This document shows, piece by piece, positions 12,067-25,770 of a DNA stretch of 64,000 nt (positions are counted from its first letter, which is position 1; each line of letters starts with the position of its first letter). The notes under the pieces were generated by a model. The model saw only the letters and a program-made list of their open reading frames with translations, was not told where the DNA came from and ran no database searches. The stretch is taken from assembly GCF_036321535.1 (NCBI RefSeq), contig NC_087436.1, positions 39,186,001-39,250,000 of the forward strand. The letters run 5' to 3'. This DNA comes from Camelus dromedarius (taxonomy: Eukaryota). Made by a program: the position numbers and the translations under genes.

Positions 12067-15000
12067 CCTTGGCACTTCTTAGACATTTAAAAGACGTCTT
12101 GGAATTCTGCAACAGCAAGTTGGGAAATTGTCACACTGAGATTTCAAGGCACCAACTCCATATCAGGTTGTCCATAATTGTTACCCAGACCCTAGCTGGG
12201 CAGAGGTACAATGACACATAACACCCCTGTTTATGGAGAACTCTTACTTATCCTTACAGTAGTTCACCCTTCCTTTTCCTCTGAATATACTGGAGATAGA
12301 ATTAAACTGACCCAGTGATTTTAATAATAATTAAATACAGCTACATTCAGGAACCCTATTAGGGTTAGACTCTAATGAGCCTAATGGTAATAAATGTTGC
12401 TCTGGGAAGGCTATGGAGCCCAAGATATTTAGGCTTTTGTCCTCACACAACAGCCTTAAAGAGTAAGAAAGAATGACACAGATTATAAACTCTGATACCT
12501 GGGGCCTATATTAAAGGTGGAGTGCCTGATACTTAGGTGATGACAATGAACTATGACTAGCAAAAAAAATGCAGTTACTGGAGTGGGCTTTTAGGGCTGG
12601 AAAAAAAAAATCAATGCATTATTTCCAAGTAGGTTGGGCTTTTAAGGCCAACAGCCATGTGGTTCGAGGTTGGCATATTACTACCTGGTGAGTCTAGGTA
12701 GCAAATCCTGTCTGATGCTTCATATGCTAGTGAGTCCAGGTAATGAAATTGTTATTTCCATGGGTTGTCTTCTGTCAGCAATATTTTCCATCCTGATGCC
12801 TCCCTAACACACATTTATTTAGTTACCATGGCACTGAAATAACCACATTTTTGAAACTTTGGGGCCCTCCACAAAATTAGACTGTAAACAGATATTCCAG
12901 CAAAGTGTTACATCTCACCATGCAATGAAATTATCAGTGCAGCTGGGAGCATATCCCATGCAAGGAGAAGAAGAATCACTCTCACTCCAAGAACAACTCA
13001 GTTATTGGATTGCTACAGCTACAAAGGCTGTACATTAGTTTTATGCGCTTAGGATGGCGATTTGCAGAACAGTTTTCCAAATCCTAGTAATATGTTGTCT
13101 ACTCAGTTTCAATGCACAATATTTGGACTTTTGCAACTGAGAGATTGACAGAAACAGGATTGGAGAGAAGCTGCTTCATTGTATGGAAAGTGGTCTAGAG
13201 GAAAAACTCCTTTTAAAGCAGTGGGGATGCCAGCAGGACAGACTGTCACATTCAAAGGACTGAGCTTTATTTACTTGGCAGAGAAGACAGAATCTGAAAG
13301 AAAATGCCTCTATGTTTCTAGAGATTCTTCAGCCCTTCACCACATCTACACAGAGATGGTGTGTCATACATCTCAGGACCAGTGCAGATGGCCATGTGAA
13401 GTGCCTAAGAAGGTGGGCATGAATGCACAGGGACAGGAGAGGAAATGCCAGCAGGCACAACCCATCCAACACTGAGCAGGGTCCTGGCCGTTTTTGCTGT
13501 GAATCCCCTATTGGCTTCTATGTTGCCGATGCATAAGGTACATGTTTGGGGAAATATTTCTACCCTCTTAAGAGCCATGTTATTATCACTAATGAATTAA
13601 CTCAGAATGCTCATGGCTTTGTTCCTCCCCAAATGACAACCCCTAAAAGGCAATGCCAATTTAAAACTTTCTATATTCCTCATCACAATCATGCCACAAG
13701 ATCCTCTTCTGCTAATTCAAGATCCCCATGCTCTGAAAAAAAAAAGGGGGGGGGGGCAGGCACAGATTTCCTGCAGACCTGTCCAGTCCTGAAGTAAGGG
13801 CATACCTGTGACAGAAGGGGTTGTTTTTGATACATGTCTGTAATTTTGCATTGATCTGTTGGCCCTTAATCCACTGGGGAATGCTACACACCCACACAAA
13901 GCCCCCAGGTACTGCCTTTCACATCTAAAGTTTTGATCTACTGAAAGATGTGTAAAATCTGATGTATCTAGGCAGCTCCTGTCAACTACATGTGTGCTGA
14001 CACAAAAATTACATAAAAGGGCAAATTATCCCCACTGACATCAGCATTAATTGAAACTTAGAGTAACAATCCCTTAAGACTTTCTTGAAAAACTTGTTGC
14101 CACATGAACTCAGGTGGTTTTTGTTTTGTGTGTGTGTGTTTGAGTGTAGCCTGTTGAGATAGCTGTCCTTTCCTCATGCAAGGAATTTTTCATAAGAAGA
14201 GGTTCAAGAAGCTAAGGAAAGGAGCTCCCTTGTAGGGGAGCACAAGGGTTATGGGGAATGTTAAGAGCCAGTATCCTGGCCAGTGGGTTTGCAGTCTGCG
14301 GGCATATCCTCAGCTGCACTCAACAGTCAGCAGCTGTGTTCTGGGAGGGACGACACAGATCAATTAATCTTGTTTATATTTAGAGCTGGGAAGCAACCTT
14401 CAAGGTCATATTTGGGCTCTTAGACTACATATTATGTGTGAAATTCGGCTAAAACACCAATTTAATGAAGTTGCCACCATGCTGTGTGTATGGCAGAGAA
14501 GACTTTTTTCCCCCAAAATATATGCAAGGAACTGAGATACTGCAGTTCCTTTATTATGTATCCATGAGATTGTTTTATTTAAAAGATTTACTCTGTGCTT
14601 TTAGCATATTTGTATAATTAAAGATACATGCATAGATAAGACCAGCTAGTCCAAGTATGGCTAAACTGGACTATGTAGATGATACTTCCAGTAAAAAGAT
14701 CTTGTTTCTTCTTGACAGCCTGAGCTTCTTAGCTTTCTGAGATCCCTAAACAAAAGTGACTCTTACAGGACACTTTTCCTTGGAGTTTAAAATGAAGGCC
14801 AACAATCTGTCTCTCTATCCTATTACAATAGCAGCCTTATGGTCACAACTAACAGAAATCAGAAAATGCCAGGAGTGGAATTTTACTGGAAATATACTGG
14901 AAAAGGCTGTTAACCCTCTTTGGTTTTATTTTTTTAAAAAAAGGAATGGCATGTCTCTTTGTATAAACATGCAGGTCCTAATAGAATATGTAGGTAGAAA

Positions 15001-15429
15001 ATACATAGGTCCTATGAATATATAGGCAGAAAAGGGTTAAGAGCAAAGCCTATTTGACCAGCCTGTCAGGCTAGAAAGTAAACCGTTGGAGTTTCCTCAG
15101 GGAATTCTTTAGAAGGATTAAGTGAGGAGCACCACCAACACAGCATGTTTTCACTTGCAGAAGGGATCATCTGCCAACAGGTCTTAAAGCAGAAAACCAA
15201 TCTTTTTTGTTTCTCCAAAACTGAAGGATTTCTTGAGGAAACGAAACAGCCCTGTTCATGGTGCAGAGGTATGTCCACTTCAGATGGTATCTGATTAGGG
15301 CTGGTAACAAAAAGAATCTGACAGTAACAAATCTGCACATGGTTAACTGGAATTACTAAGTGGCTAAAAAATTAAACTTACATACAAAGTGTTTTCCATG
15401 TGACTTTTCCTTTGACCTTCACTCCTTCC

Positions 15430-16200
15430 TCATTTATTTAACCACTCTATGAGCATATGCCTCACACTAAGGATGCAAAGATAAACAGGATACAGTCCCT
15501 ACCCTCAGGGTGCTCCCAGGACAGTGAAGGAAACAGCCATATAAACAGGTAATTTTGAAACAATGTGTTAAGTGGCAATGGTGTGCACTGAGTATTGTGA
15601 AAATACTGAGGTAATTCACTCAGGGCCAAGACACCTCACCTCTGAGGAGGTGACAGAAGTTTGCCAGGTGGAGGAGGGAAAGAATTGTATATTGAGGGAG
15701 AAGCAAGAGTGAAGACAGATGATCAAAAAAAGCATATATATAAGTATAAACATATATATGCATATATGTAAAGAGTAACTATAAAGAATTGGTGTTACTG
15801 GAGTTTAAAGCTCAAATAGATTTTTTTTTTTTTTTAAGATAAGGCTGGGGAATTAGAGCATCACTGATAAAGGATCCCTTTTCCCAAAATTAAAGAGCAT
15901 TGGCTTTATTCTGAAAGGGATGAGGGAACACTAAAGAGTTTTAATCAGGAAAGTAGCATGGGCCAGTAGGGGTTTTATACAACATCACAACAGCTGGCAG
16001 CTGTGTAGAGGATAGATCTGAAGGTAAGATCTGGGCTAGAGACAGAGATGTAGACAGCATTATCATATAAGGGCAGTAGAACCTCTGAGAACACAATTAT
16101 CTCTGAGGGGTAGTGTATTGAGTGAGAAGGCAGTGAGCTGACCATGAACCCTTACAGAATACCAACATTTAAAGGCTAGGTAAAGAATGTAGGTGGATTT
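15430..16200. mobile_element. Degenerate L2 fragments
   Basis: L2-like CATTTATTTAACC..., GGCTTTATTCTGAAAGGGATGAGGGAACACTAAAGAGTTTTAATCAGG. Confidence 0.5.
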
Positions 16201-16529
16201 TATTAACAATCTTCCTTGGGCAGATGAGATTATTACTGAACTGGCCAGTGTGCCCACCTACTGCCTGGTTATTCCATGATTAGATTGGTGTCCAAAAAAG
16301 AAGTGGTTTCATATGTGTATTTTGAAAATATTCTTTTGACTTAAGATTTATTTCACCCTCAGCAAAATTGTTCCAGTATGCAATTTTAATAAAGCTGGAG
16401 TATGAAACACATATTTCTTATTATATCACACTAAAACTACAAAGAGTTTTCTTGATGGTTAAATTACTTTACAGTTTAGAGAGAGAACGCCTAGGGAACG
16501 ATTGCCTTTCCTGTGTTCCGCAGTGAGTT

Positions 16530-17650
16530 ATTTTATTCTGAGAGCCCATGCGTGGTCCAGGACAGAACAAGTACCTGGTAGTGTGCCCACTGTAGGTGCC
16601 AAGAACTGTTGTATCGACTCTAATCTGTGTGAGGCTGGATCACTTAGATAAAAGTTATTTTTCATGACGTGGGTGATTTCACCCACTCCAATGACTTCAA
16701 CCACCAGCTGCACACAGATGAATTCCAAATCCATCCCTTTCCCTGACTTCAGGATCCTTATGCACACTTGCTGACAAGACACTGTGGATGGCCTCCAGGA
16801 ACCTCCCACTTCAAATGCATAAAAGTATACTCATCTTTCTTGTACACCTGTTCCTTCCTCTGTAGTCACTGTCTCCAAGAATGACACTAAAATGTGCTCA
16901 CTTACCCACCCAAGTCAGCTCAGATTCCTCTTTCTCCTTCACTACCTCCCAAATCCCTTCAACCACCCATTCCTACAGAATCTAACTATCTTGATCAACG
17001 GTCTTCATCTCTTTTTTCTACCCCTCATCCTCTGTCCCCTCTACTAGGACAATAATCATAACTGCTCTCCCAGCCTTTGGTTCTCTCACCCAACCAATCC
17101 TATCTCCATGGGTTGAGCGTATTATTCCTTAAACATGTAAAATGCTTTTAATGGATTCCCATTGCTTTTTAAAAATTCTAACTTCTTAGAGGCCACGAGT
17201 CTTTTCATGATGTAGCTCCTGCCTAACTCCCCAAATATATGTTTTGTCTGCTGCTCCCCACCCTCAGCCTGCCCCACACAATTACACACCACTGCTCTGT
17301 AGCAAACTTCTGCACTCAGAGGTTCTTGACTGGCCATGCTGGTTTATGCCTCAAGGCTGTTCCTAGACCACTTCATGTGACCACCCCTGCTCCATCCTGA
17401 GAGAAACCTTCTTATATTTCAAGCTTCAATTTATGTATTTCATCTTCTAGAAAACATTCTGATCATCCTTTTGTGTCTCCCTTTGTGCCTCCACTGTCCC
17501 CTACACCATCTTCTAACAATAACACACAAATTGCATCACATATTTGACTCCCTCTATAATGCAAGCTTTTTTAAGAGGAGAACTTTATGATATTCATCTT
17601 TGCATGGAGCCTGCAAAGAGCCTAGTTTGATTCCTGGTGAGCCCTTAATT
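16530..17650. mobile_element. Degenerate L2 fragments (opposite orientation to the preceding)
   Basis: Pyrimidine-rich L2 body, e.g. ATGACTTCAACCACCAGCTGCACACAGATGAATTCCAAATC. Confidence 0.55.
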
Positions 17651-19516
17651 GCTGTTTATTGACACCAAAACAGTTTTTAAAGCTGATGCTCAGATGAATA
17701 CATTTTTCTCTTTTCAATTTAATTACTTCGTTATGTAAAAGTAGCCAAAATATGAGGGGAAACAATGACAAAGTACAGTGACTGCAAAGAGATGTGGGTC
17801 AAAGTCCAACTCCAATTAATTTCAAATAGCTGGCAGGGCAGAAGCTTGATAGATAAGGAAGCCCAGTCCAGGCTCTGAAGGATAAATGTCATGATCTATT
17901 AGCACTTTCTGTCACGTTTGTGCCTTACATTCGCTCTCCCTCACTTAATGAAAGTATTCAATAAGAAAGTCTTTTTGAATAAATATTCAACAAGTATTTT
18001 TTAAGGATCTCACTTTGTGCATGTGAGTAAAGCAGTGTCTGCATTTTCAAAGAGTACATCCACACAGGGAACAATGTGCTAAAACTGGCAAAGGGCATTT
18101 CTGTTTGATACTGCTACAGAAATCTTAAAATGTGTATTTAATTTTATAATAGTCTTAATTTTAAGCTCTGCAGTTTGGTTGATACAATTATATTTTTATA
18201 TGCAATTTGATGGACTTTGGAATCTAAAATAGTCATTGCATTACCTTTGAGACACTTGAACAAGATTAAATCATTTCTAATTTACCCAGTAATCACCTAA
18301 CACAACAATACATGTCATGTCTTTTGGCAAATACAAAAACTAGATATATTGAGTTAAAAAGGCAAATGAAAATCTTATCCCAATGTTTGGATTAAGTCTT
18401 TTTTTTAAAAATAGGAAACAGCGTATTTCATCTACAAGGTAGATTTAGGAAGATGCAATCCAGAAAATTTCCGTTTAAAAATCTCTTGTTCCACACAATC
18501 TAATTAGGGTCTGTTTCATTATAATTTTATCTGAACTCTATATGCTGTAGTGCAGCTCTGTAAATGAGTCATAGGATAACTATTCCCAGTTTGTAGCCAA
18601 TTCTCCAGAGAAGCAAAGGGAAAAAGAAACAACTGCCTTTTAAGGAAATCAAACCTGTTTCTAGAGATAAACCTCTGTCCATTTCTATTTGAGCATATTC
18701 TCAACAACCAAAAAAGAGAATACCATAAAATACAGGTCTGTTGGATGAGCCATCAGGCCAAATACATTTGTAGGTTTGTTTAATATTTCTCCTATGTCAT
18801 AATCTGTTATACATAAACATTTTACATAAACATATGCACCTGGGCACGTGTGAAATGGTAAAATAAAAGGACATTTCTTTCTCTGCAAATGTGAAAAAGT
18901 CTGTTCCCAGCTTGGAACTCTATTTTGGCTACTATGTTAAAGAAATTTGTTTTTAAAAGTAAAAAAAGAGAGAACTTGCAGTTTCTAGGAAACGTATTAA
19001 ATATGGAATTTGTATTTGCACAGAATCTGTACAGAAATCTGAATGGTAAGATTGTAAAAAATAAGGCCATGCAGCGGGCACCGTTCAATTAACTCCTCTC
19101 TGCCTAACTCTACAATTTGATAGGAAAACTGTTACTTCAGTTTGGACTTCTCTCTAACTCTTCTCATTCTCTGAATAAGAAGAAAATTTTGAAAAGAAAG
19201 AGAATATAAAATTGTAGTATATGGAGGCTTGACATTTAGCTGTTTTTCCAAATATTTTGCAATTGCTTTATTCTCCCTACATTATTCTAAAATATGCATG
19301 TCACTAAACTTTTTTTCAGTGTCTTAGGATGAATTAGAAAAATGACTCCTGGCATAATGAAATTCTTTTAAAGTAAAGCACAAATAATTGATGTTTATTT
19401 AGTAACACAAGTCCATTCTCACAGATTGAAATATTTTTACTGTTGCTGCCTGGAAGTTACCTGTAGTAAGGGACACACATAAGCATATACATCTAGCTAA
19501 TATAAAACCAGGTTTT

Positions 19517-20194
19517 CTCCTGGAGGAAAACATAGGCAGAACACTCTTTGACATAAATTGCAGCAGTATTTTTTTTTAATTCAGCTCCTAGAGTAATGGA
19601 AATAAAAGCAAAAACAAACAAGTGGGACCTAATTAAACTTAAAAGTTTTTGCACAGCTAAGGATACCACCAACAAAATGAAAAGACAACCTACAGAATGG
19701 GAGAAAATATTTGCAAATGATGAGACCGAAAAGGGACTAATCTCCAAAATATACAAGCAGCTCCAAAGAAGACATCCAGATGGCAAACAGGCACATGAAG
19801 CATAGGCATCACTAATTGTCAGAAAAATGCAAATCAAACTACAACGAGGTAGCACCTCACACCAGTCAGAATGGCCATCATCAGAAAGTCCACAAATGAT
19901 AAATGCTGGAGAGGGTGTGGAGAAAAGAAACACCTATGCTGTTGGTGGGGATGTAAATTGGTGCAGCCACTATGGAGAACAGTATGAAGTTCCCTTAAGA
20001 AACTAAAAACAGACTTACCATATGATCCAGCAATCCCACTCCTGGGCATATATCCAGAGAAAACTCTAATTTGAAAAGACACATGCACCCCAATATTGAC
20101 AGCAGCACTATTTACAATAGCCAAGACATGGAAGAAACCTAAATGTCTACTAATAGATGAATGAATAAAGAAGATGTAGTATATATATATGTGT

Positions 20195-20231
<37 letters not shown>

Positions 20232-20688
20232 GGAATACTACTCGGCCATAAAAAAGAATGAAATGTCCTTTGCTATAACATGGATGACCTGGAGATCATC
20301 ATTCTAAGTGAAGTAAGCCAGATAGAGAAAAATACCACATGATATCACTTATATGTGGAATATTTTTTTAAAAGACACAAATGAACTTATTTACAAAACA
20401 AAACAGACTCACAGACATAGAGAACAAACTTATGGTTAGCAGGGGGCAAAGGGGATGGGAAGGGATAAACTGGGAGTTCAGTACTTGCAGATACTAATTA
20501 CTATATATAAGATAAATAAACAACAAGTTTATACGGTGTAGCACAGGGAACTATATTCACTATCTTATAGTAACCTACAATGAAAAAGAATATGAGATGA
20601 AATATATGTATGTGTATGTATGACTGAAACATGCTGTATGCCAGAAATTAACACATTTTAAACTGACTATACTTCAATTAAAAAAAAA
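19517..20688 (+). mobile_element. 5'-truncated young L1 (ORF2 C-terminal remnant + 3' UTR + A tail), with internal deletion and (TA)(TG)(AC)16 microsatellite
   Basis: ORF track 19596-19805 ([39 protein letters not shown]) is L1 ORF2. Ends ACTATACTTCAATTAAAAAAAA. Degenerate TSD AAAACCAGGTTTT / AAAACAGCTTTT. Confidence 0.93.
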
Positions 20689-21039
20689 CAGCTTTTGTTT
20701 TTACTAAATTCTTTGCTGCTTATCCAAATAATAAAGCTACAGCTGAAGAATTCAAACTTAAAAAACTTGATTCCCAGCTATTGTCACAACACTGTGATGC
20801 CATTATTCATTAGAGAACTGCAATACTGAATTGTTGAATTTTCCGAATTTGAGGAGGGAGTTGTTTGTTTTTAACCAAATTATTTCTAATCTCCAAGATG
20901 ATTAAAACAGGTTTTTTGAAAGCAGCAGGAGTGTTCTAGAATTTAAAGAACAGCATTATTTAAGAAAAATAAAAAGTTTATCATAAAAAATATATCTAGT
21001 AAAACATCTTAGAAAAAACATTTTAAATAATAATTAGAA

Positions 21040-22130
21040 AACCCAAGATCTTATAGAAAATACGTGTATATTTCTTAGACTTCAGCATAATAAAAGATTT
21101 CTGTAACAAGACCCAAAAGCATTAATTGTAAAAGAAAAGAATTAATACACTTGGCTATACTGAAACTGTTGTTCATAAAATGAAAGCTTAAATAACATGA
21201 AAAGACAGGTTATCAATTTGGGAGGTCATTCACTATACATCCAACTGACAAGGTTTAATATGAAGAATAGCTAAAGTACTTGTACTAATCACGACAAAAA
21301 GCACAAATAATCTAAAAGAAAAATATTCTGAAGATATGAATAGGCAATTCACTGAAGAGAAAACACACAATAAACAAGTGAAGAGATATTCATATCACCT
21401 GTGATTGGAGAAATACAAATCAGGACCCCAAAGAGATCATTTTATACCCAGAAGAATGGCAAAAATTAAAAAGTCTGATCAAGTGTTGGAGAAGACATGG
21501 AGCTACATGTACCTCATGCATTGCTGGTAGAATTCTAAAATTATGCATCAGTTTGAAAAAGAGTTTGGCATTTTCTCCTAAACCTGATCATTTACAAACC
21601 TATGAGCAATTCCACTCCTGGGAATACAGCTAAAAAGAAGCCCTTGCCCACATGCAACAGAAGACGTATTCTAGTAGCACTGCTCAAAACAGCAAAAACC
21701 TGGGGCAGCCCACATGCCCCTCGACAAGAAAATGGTAAATAAACTGTGGGATACTCACACAGTGGAATATTATACATCAGACAAAACAAATGAATGAGTT
21801 GCAGCCATGTGGATCTATCCTGTGACAATGTCTTAAGTAAGAAAAACCAAGTCTCCAAAGACTATAACAGCATGATGCCTTTTTTATAAAGTTAAAAGCA
21901 ACTAAAATTAAAATACTGGTTAAGAGTGCATAAATATTCAATAAAATTATATAAAAAGAAAGGCAAGTAATGATGAAGACAGAATTCAGGATGATGCTTA
22001 CCTCAAGTCAGGAGAGGCAGAGTGATATATTGAGAGGTGCCAGCCCATAATGTTAGATGTAGGGTTTTTTTAGTTTTTAGTTAGGGAATTGGGGGTCATA
22101 TGTGAGTATGACATTATTAAAAATAGCTTA
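21040..22130 (+). mobile_element. Ancient L1 (L1M/L1ME-like) ORF2 end and 3' UTR
   Basis: Degenerate L1 motifs: GATATGAATAGGCAATTCACTGAAGA, AGCAATTCCACTCCTGGGAATA and AAATAAACTGTGG. Confidence 0.75.
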
Positions 22131-22559
22131 AGAAATGTGCTATGAACCAAGAGTTATAATTATTCCAATTCTGTGCTCCTGTTGTCCAAATTAAAAATAA
22201 ATTTTAATTTAAGTAAATAAAAATTCACACTTTATGGCTAAAACACTTTCGAAGGCATTTTTTTTAAAGAACAAATAATGACCTTGTTTGTTTTTCTGTT
22301 CTTTGTCAGATTTTGTACATCAAATATTTTATACCATTTAAAGAATACTTCCAAATATCAAAGTAAAATATATAAAATATAAACATATTTAGCACTAAGT
22401 TCAATGGATTTAATCGTTCCCAGACAACTCTAACTTTGCTATAGGAGTAACTACTTTGTCTTTCTCTTTCTCCTTCCAGTATTTTAAAAAACACTTTCCT
22501 GGAACATCTTTTCCCTCAAATAGATGCCATCTTCATTTTTTTTCTGTTTTCTCACCCGT

Positions 22560-23290
22560 CACATCCTATTCACTTTCTTTCTTTGCTGCTGAACTTCAAA
22601 TATAATCGTCTACGTTTGCATCTCCACCTGTTCTCCTCTAATTCCCGTTCACTTCCCAGCCAACTACTGTGTGGCTTCCATCCCTGGCATTCTATTAAGA
22701 AACAATCACCCAAAACCTCCTACTTGTCAAATATATGGTCTTACCATCCTTTTCCTTGCCCAAGCTGTATATATTGGTCTTCCCCAAGATTCTGTCCTCT
22801 GTCCTCTTTGCTTCTTGCCTCATGTATTTTAGCTATTTCCCCAGATAATGTCTAGTACTGGTCACTCTCCTGAGCCCAGACCCACACTTTTAACTCTTCA
22901 TTACATATTTCCTTCTGTGTATCCAATAGATAACTCAAATTCAATTTATTTAGAATTAAATTTATTTTCTTTTCCCCATAACTGCTCCTCACCCTCCTGT
23001 GAAATCTTTCAGTAAATGCTACCTACATCTTTGTCTTCCAATATAAAACCTCCACACTACAGTCCACTCTTCCCCTATTCTTGCCATCTACATCTATATC
23101 TTTCTAATTTGTCTATGTTTCTTCTTTTTCAGCCCCAGTGCTCTTAGCTACTCTAGAGTCTCACTCGAGTTATTATAACCACCCCCTAATTGTTCTCCAT
23201 CCTTCAAGCTCTGCCCTTCAATCCATCTCCACATTACTATCTTTCTAAGCATGCATCAGATCGTGCCAGTCTCCTGTTTTAAAATCTTTA
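22560..23290. mobile_element. Degenerate L2
   Basis: Pyrimidine-rich L2 body (CTCTCCTGAGCCCAGACCCAC..., AACTCAAATTCAAT). Confidence 0.5.
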
Positions 23291-23865
23291 ATGAAAATTT
23301 GAGAGAAAGAGTTCGTAAGAAATAAGATGATGCATTTGAAAGGAAGAAGATAGTGACTTTTAATCCCTGGTTCTTCTCAACTTCTCAGTTAACAAACTTA
23401 AGAGATTCTAAAATTTGGTATCTTATAACACTTTCCAAGAGAGTGATTGGCAAGACCTTCATTATAGCCTTTCTCATAAAGAGTTTTCCTTTTGAATTTG
23501 ACACAAAGACTTAATGCAAACTGTGGAAAATGAGTGTAGAGTTTTGAATGTTCTCATAGGAACATGCCAAGAGCTTCTATATAAGCATAAAGAACAAAAC
23601 AATGAAAGAAAGAAGGCCCAAACATCAAAGAGGGTCATTCTGAACAGTATCTGATTGAATTCTGTCTTATACATAATTCAGTGAGATTTATCCAATACTC
23701 ATTAAAAGAGATCATTATAGCACAGGAACTGAGTAATTTCTCAGAAGAGGCTAGTCTCTGAAGTTGATTGCTGTTCATTTACCAAGCCACACTCTTGCAT
23801 GCTCTTGTATCCATGTTGAATGTATTCCCTAGGCCTGGATGTCTTTGTCCAGTTCAATATCCAGT

Positions 23866-23983
23866 TTGTTTTGGGTTTTTTTTTAATTGAAGTATAGTCA
23901 GTTTACAATGTTGTGTCGATTTCTGGTGTACAGCATAATAGTTCAGTCATATATATACATACATATATTTGTTTTCATACTCT
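23866..23983 (-). mobile_element. Short young L1 3' end
   Basis: T-tail followed by TTGAAGTATAGTCAGTTTACAATGTTGTGTC..TTTCTGGTGTACAGC; same family as 29251-30937. Confidence 0.85.
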
Positions 23984-24197
23984 CAAGGTCCAATTTGAAT
24001 GGTGACTCCTCTGTATTGTCCCCTGATGCTACATGCAGAACTAATTTATTCATGATTTTTATTTCATAATATATTGTATATTCCTCTCCTTAAAACTTTG
24101 TCACCTTCTTTAATAGTTGTGACTCTGCCTCTCCCATGCAAGTTTAACTTTTTAAGAGCAAAGACAATGTCTTATTCACCCCAGAATCTAGCATACT

Positions 24198-24970
24198 TGT
24201 GGTATAATAAGAAATATATTTGGTCTTTGTCCCTAGTACCTGTACTTCACTGAAGGCAGAGTTTGGCACAAAACTCCTAAATCGTTGGGATTTCCTGAGT
24301 GATAGGAGTGTCTTTTGTTACTCATAAGGAGCTTTTTATCTAATGAGGTGACTTAGAGTGGGCCGCCTAGATAGCCTCAAGATGGGGCTGGTCACCAGAA
24401 AGAGCAAGTGATTAAAGGGCTGGAAATTTCAACCTCACCCACTGACTTCTTAGAAATGGAAGGGGGTGCTGCAGATTAAACTCTATATAAACTCTTGAAT
24501 GACAAGATTTGATAAGCTTCCAGGTTGGTGAACACATCACTTGCTGGGAGGGTGGTGTACCCTAACTCCACAGGGACAGAAGCAACTGCACCCAGGACCC
24601 TTCTTGACCTTGCCCTATGTACCTCTTCATCTGGCTGTTCATCTATATCCTCTACAATATCTTTCATAATAAACTGGTAAGCGTAATTAAATGTTGCTCT
24701 GAGTTCTATGAGCTACTCTAGCAAGTTAATCAAACTTAAGAGAGAGTCTTGGGAACCTTCAATTTATAACCAGTCAGAAGCACAGGTAACAATCCAGATT
24801 TGCAACTGGCTTCTGAAGAAGGGGCAGTCTTATGGGACTGAGCCTTAACTTGTGGGATCTGACACTATCTCTAGGTTGATAGAATCAGAATTGAGTTAAA
24901 TTTGTAGGCCACTCAGTCAGTGTCTTCTGAGATATGAGGAAATGCTTGGTGGCACTAGAAAAAAACACAC
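24198..24970. mobile_element. MER21-like solo LTR
   Basis: Starts TGTGGTATAATAAGAAATATATTTGGTCTTTGTCCC and contains GCTTCCAGGTTGGTGAACACATC and CTTGCCCTATGTACCTCTTCATCTGGCTGTTCAT. Confidence 0.8.
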
Positions 24971-25469
24971 TAGAATAGTACTTTTCACAAAGCAAGTGGT
25001 GAATATGCTTGCTGAATTAAAATGAGTATCAGAAGCCAATGTTAAAAATTAGGTAGAATCCATAAATCTGCGAAGTGTGGTTGATTTTACCCTGAAATAA
25101 CTTCCCTAATGTTTATGGACACAATTTGGAAAATTACATGAAAAAAATTCTTACAGTAAAATTGAAACTATAAACAAAAATAATAACCATATGTTTAGCT
25201 AAACGTTTCCCTTATTAATGCAGTCTGAGGTTATTTTATAACTGCTTAATATTGGTGTTAATTAAAGTAAGCTTAGCCAAATAAAACCCTAAAGTCTTAT
25301 TTTTCTGAACTACTATCTAGCTGGTATCACCCCATCACCTTATAAAATTGGTTTTTTTAAATTAAATGCAGAACTCTGAATTTACTGGTACAGCTAGGGC
25401 CCCAAGGTAGATGTATTCCATTAGAAGGGTAAGTTACAGGGGAAGAATGACTGGCATTTCTAGAAGTCT

Positions 25470-25770
25470 TTATTTGAACAGCTGTCGTGGGAAGAAGGAG
25501 TAGACCTGTTCTGTACTTCACTGAAGGCAGAGTTTGGGTCAATGAGTAGAAATTACAAGTCAGAAGATTTCACCTAACTATAAGGAAATTTTTTCTTGGA
25601 GTATTGGTGACCAACAATGAATTTTTTAGATTTTATTGAGTCCCAAAACAAAAACTATATTTTAAAAAGCGGGTTGTTTATTAGTGATATTGCAAAAAGA
25701 AGTTCTCCATCTAGGGGCAAGTTGTATCAAATGAGATGTCTCTTTCAACACTAAGATTTTATGATCCCAT
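25470..25770 (+). mobile_element. CR1/L3-like LINE 3' fragment
   Basis: GAAGAAGGAGTAGACCTGTTCTG...GAAGGCAGA...AATGAGTAGAAATTACA...AGATTTCACCTAACTATAAGGAAA resembles the L3/CR1 3' region. Confidence 0.55.

Noticed and set aside
9777..14996. Exact 16-mer ATAGAATATGTAGGTA at 9777-9792 and 14981-14996
   Set aside because: A rough estimate gives on the order of one such 16-bp match by chance in 64 kb of AT-rich DNA, and the flanks do not align.
19493..20226. 146-aa and 130-aa minus-strand ORFs, and similar plus-strand ORFs at 29785-30839
   Set aside because: Antisense frames of L1 ORF2/3' UTR, a common artefact.
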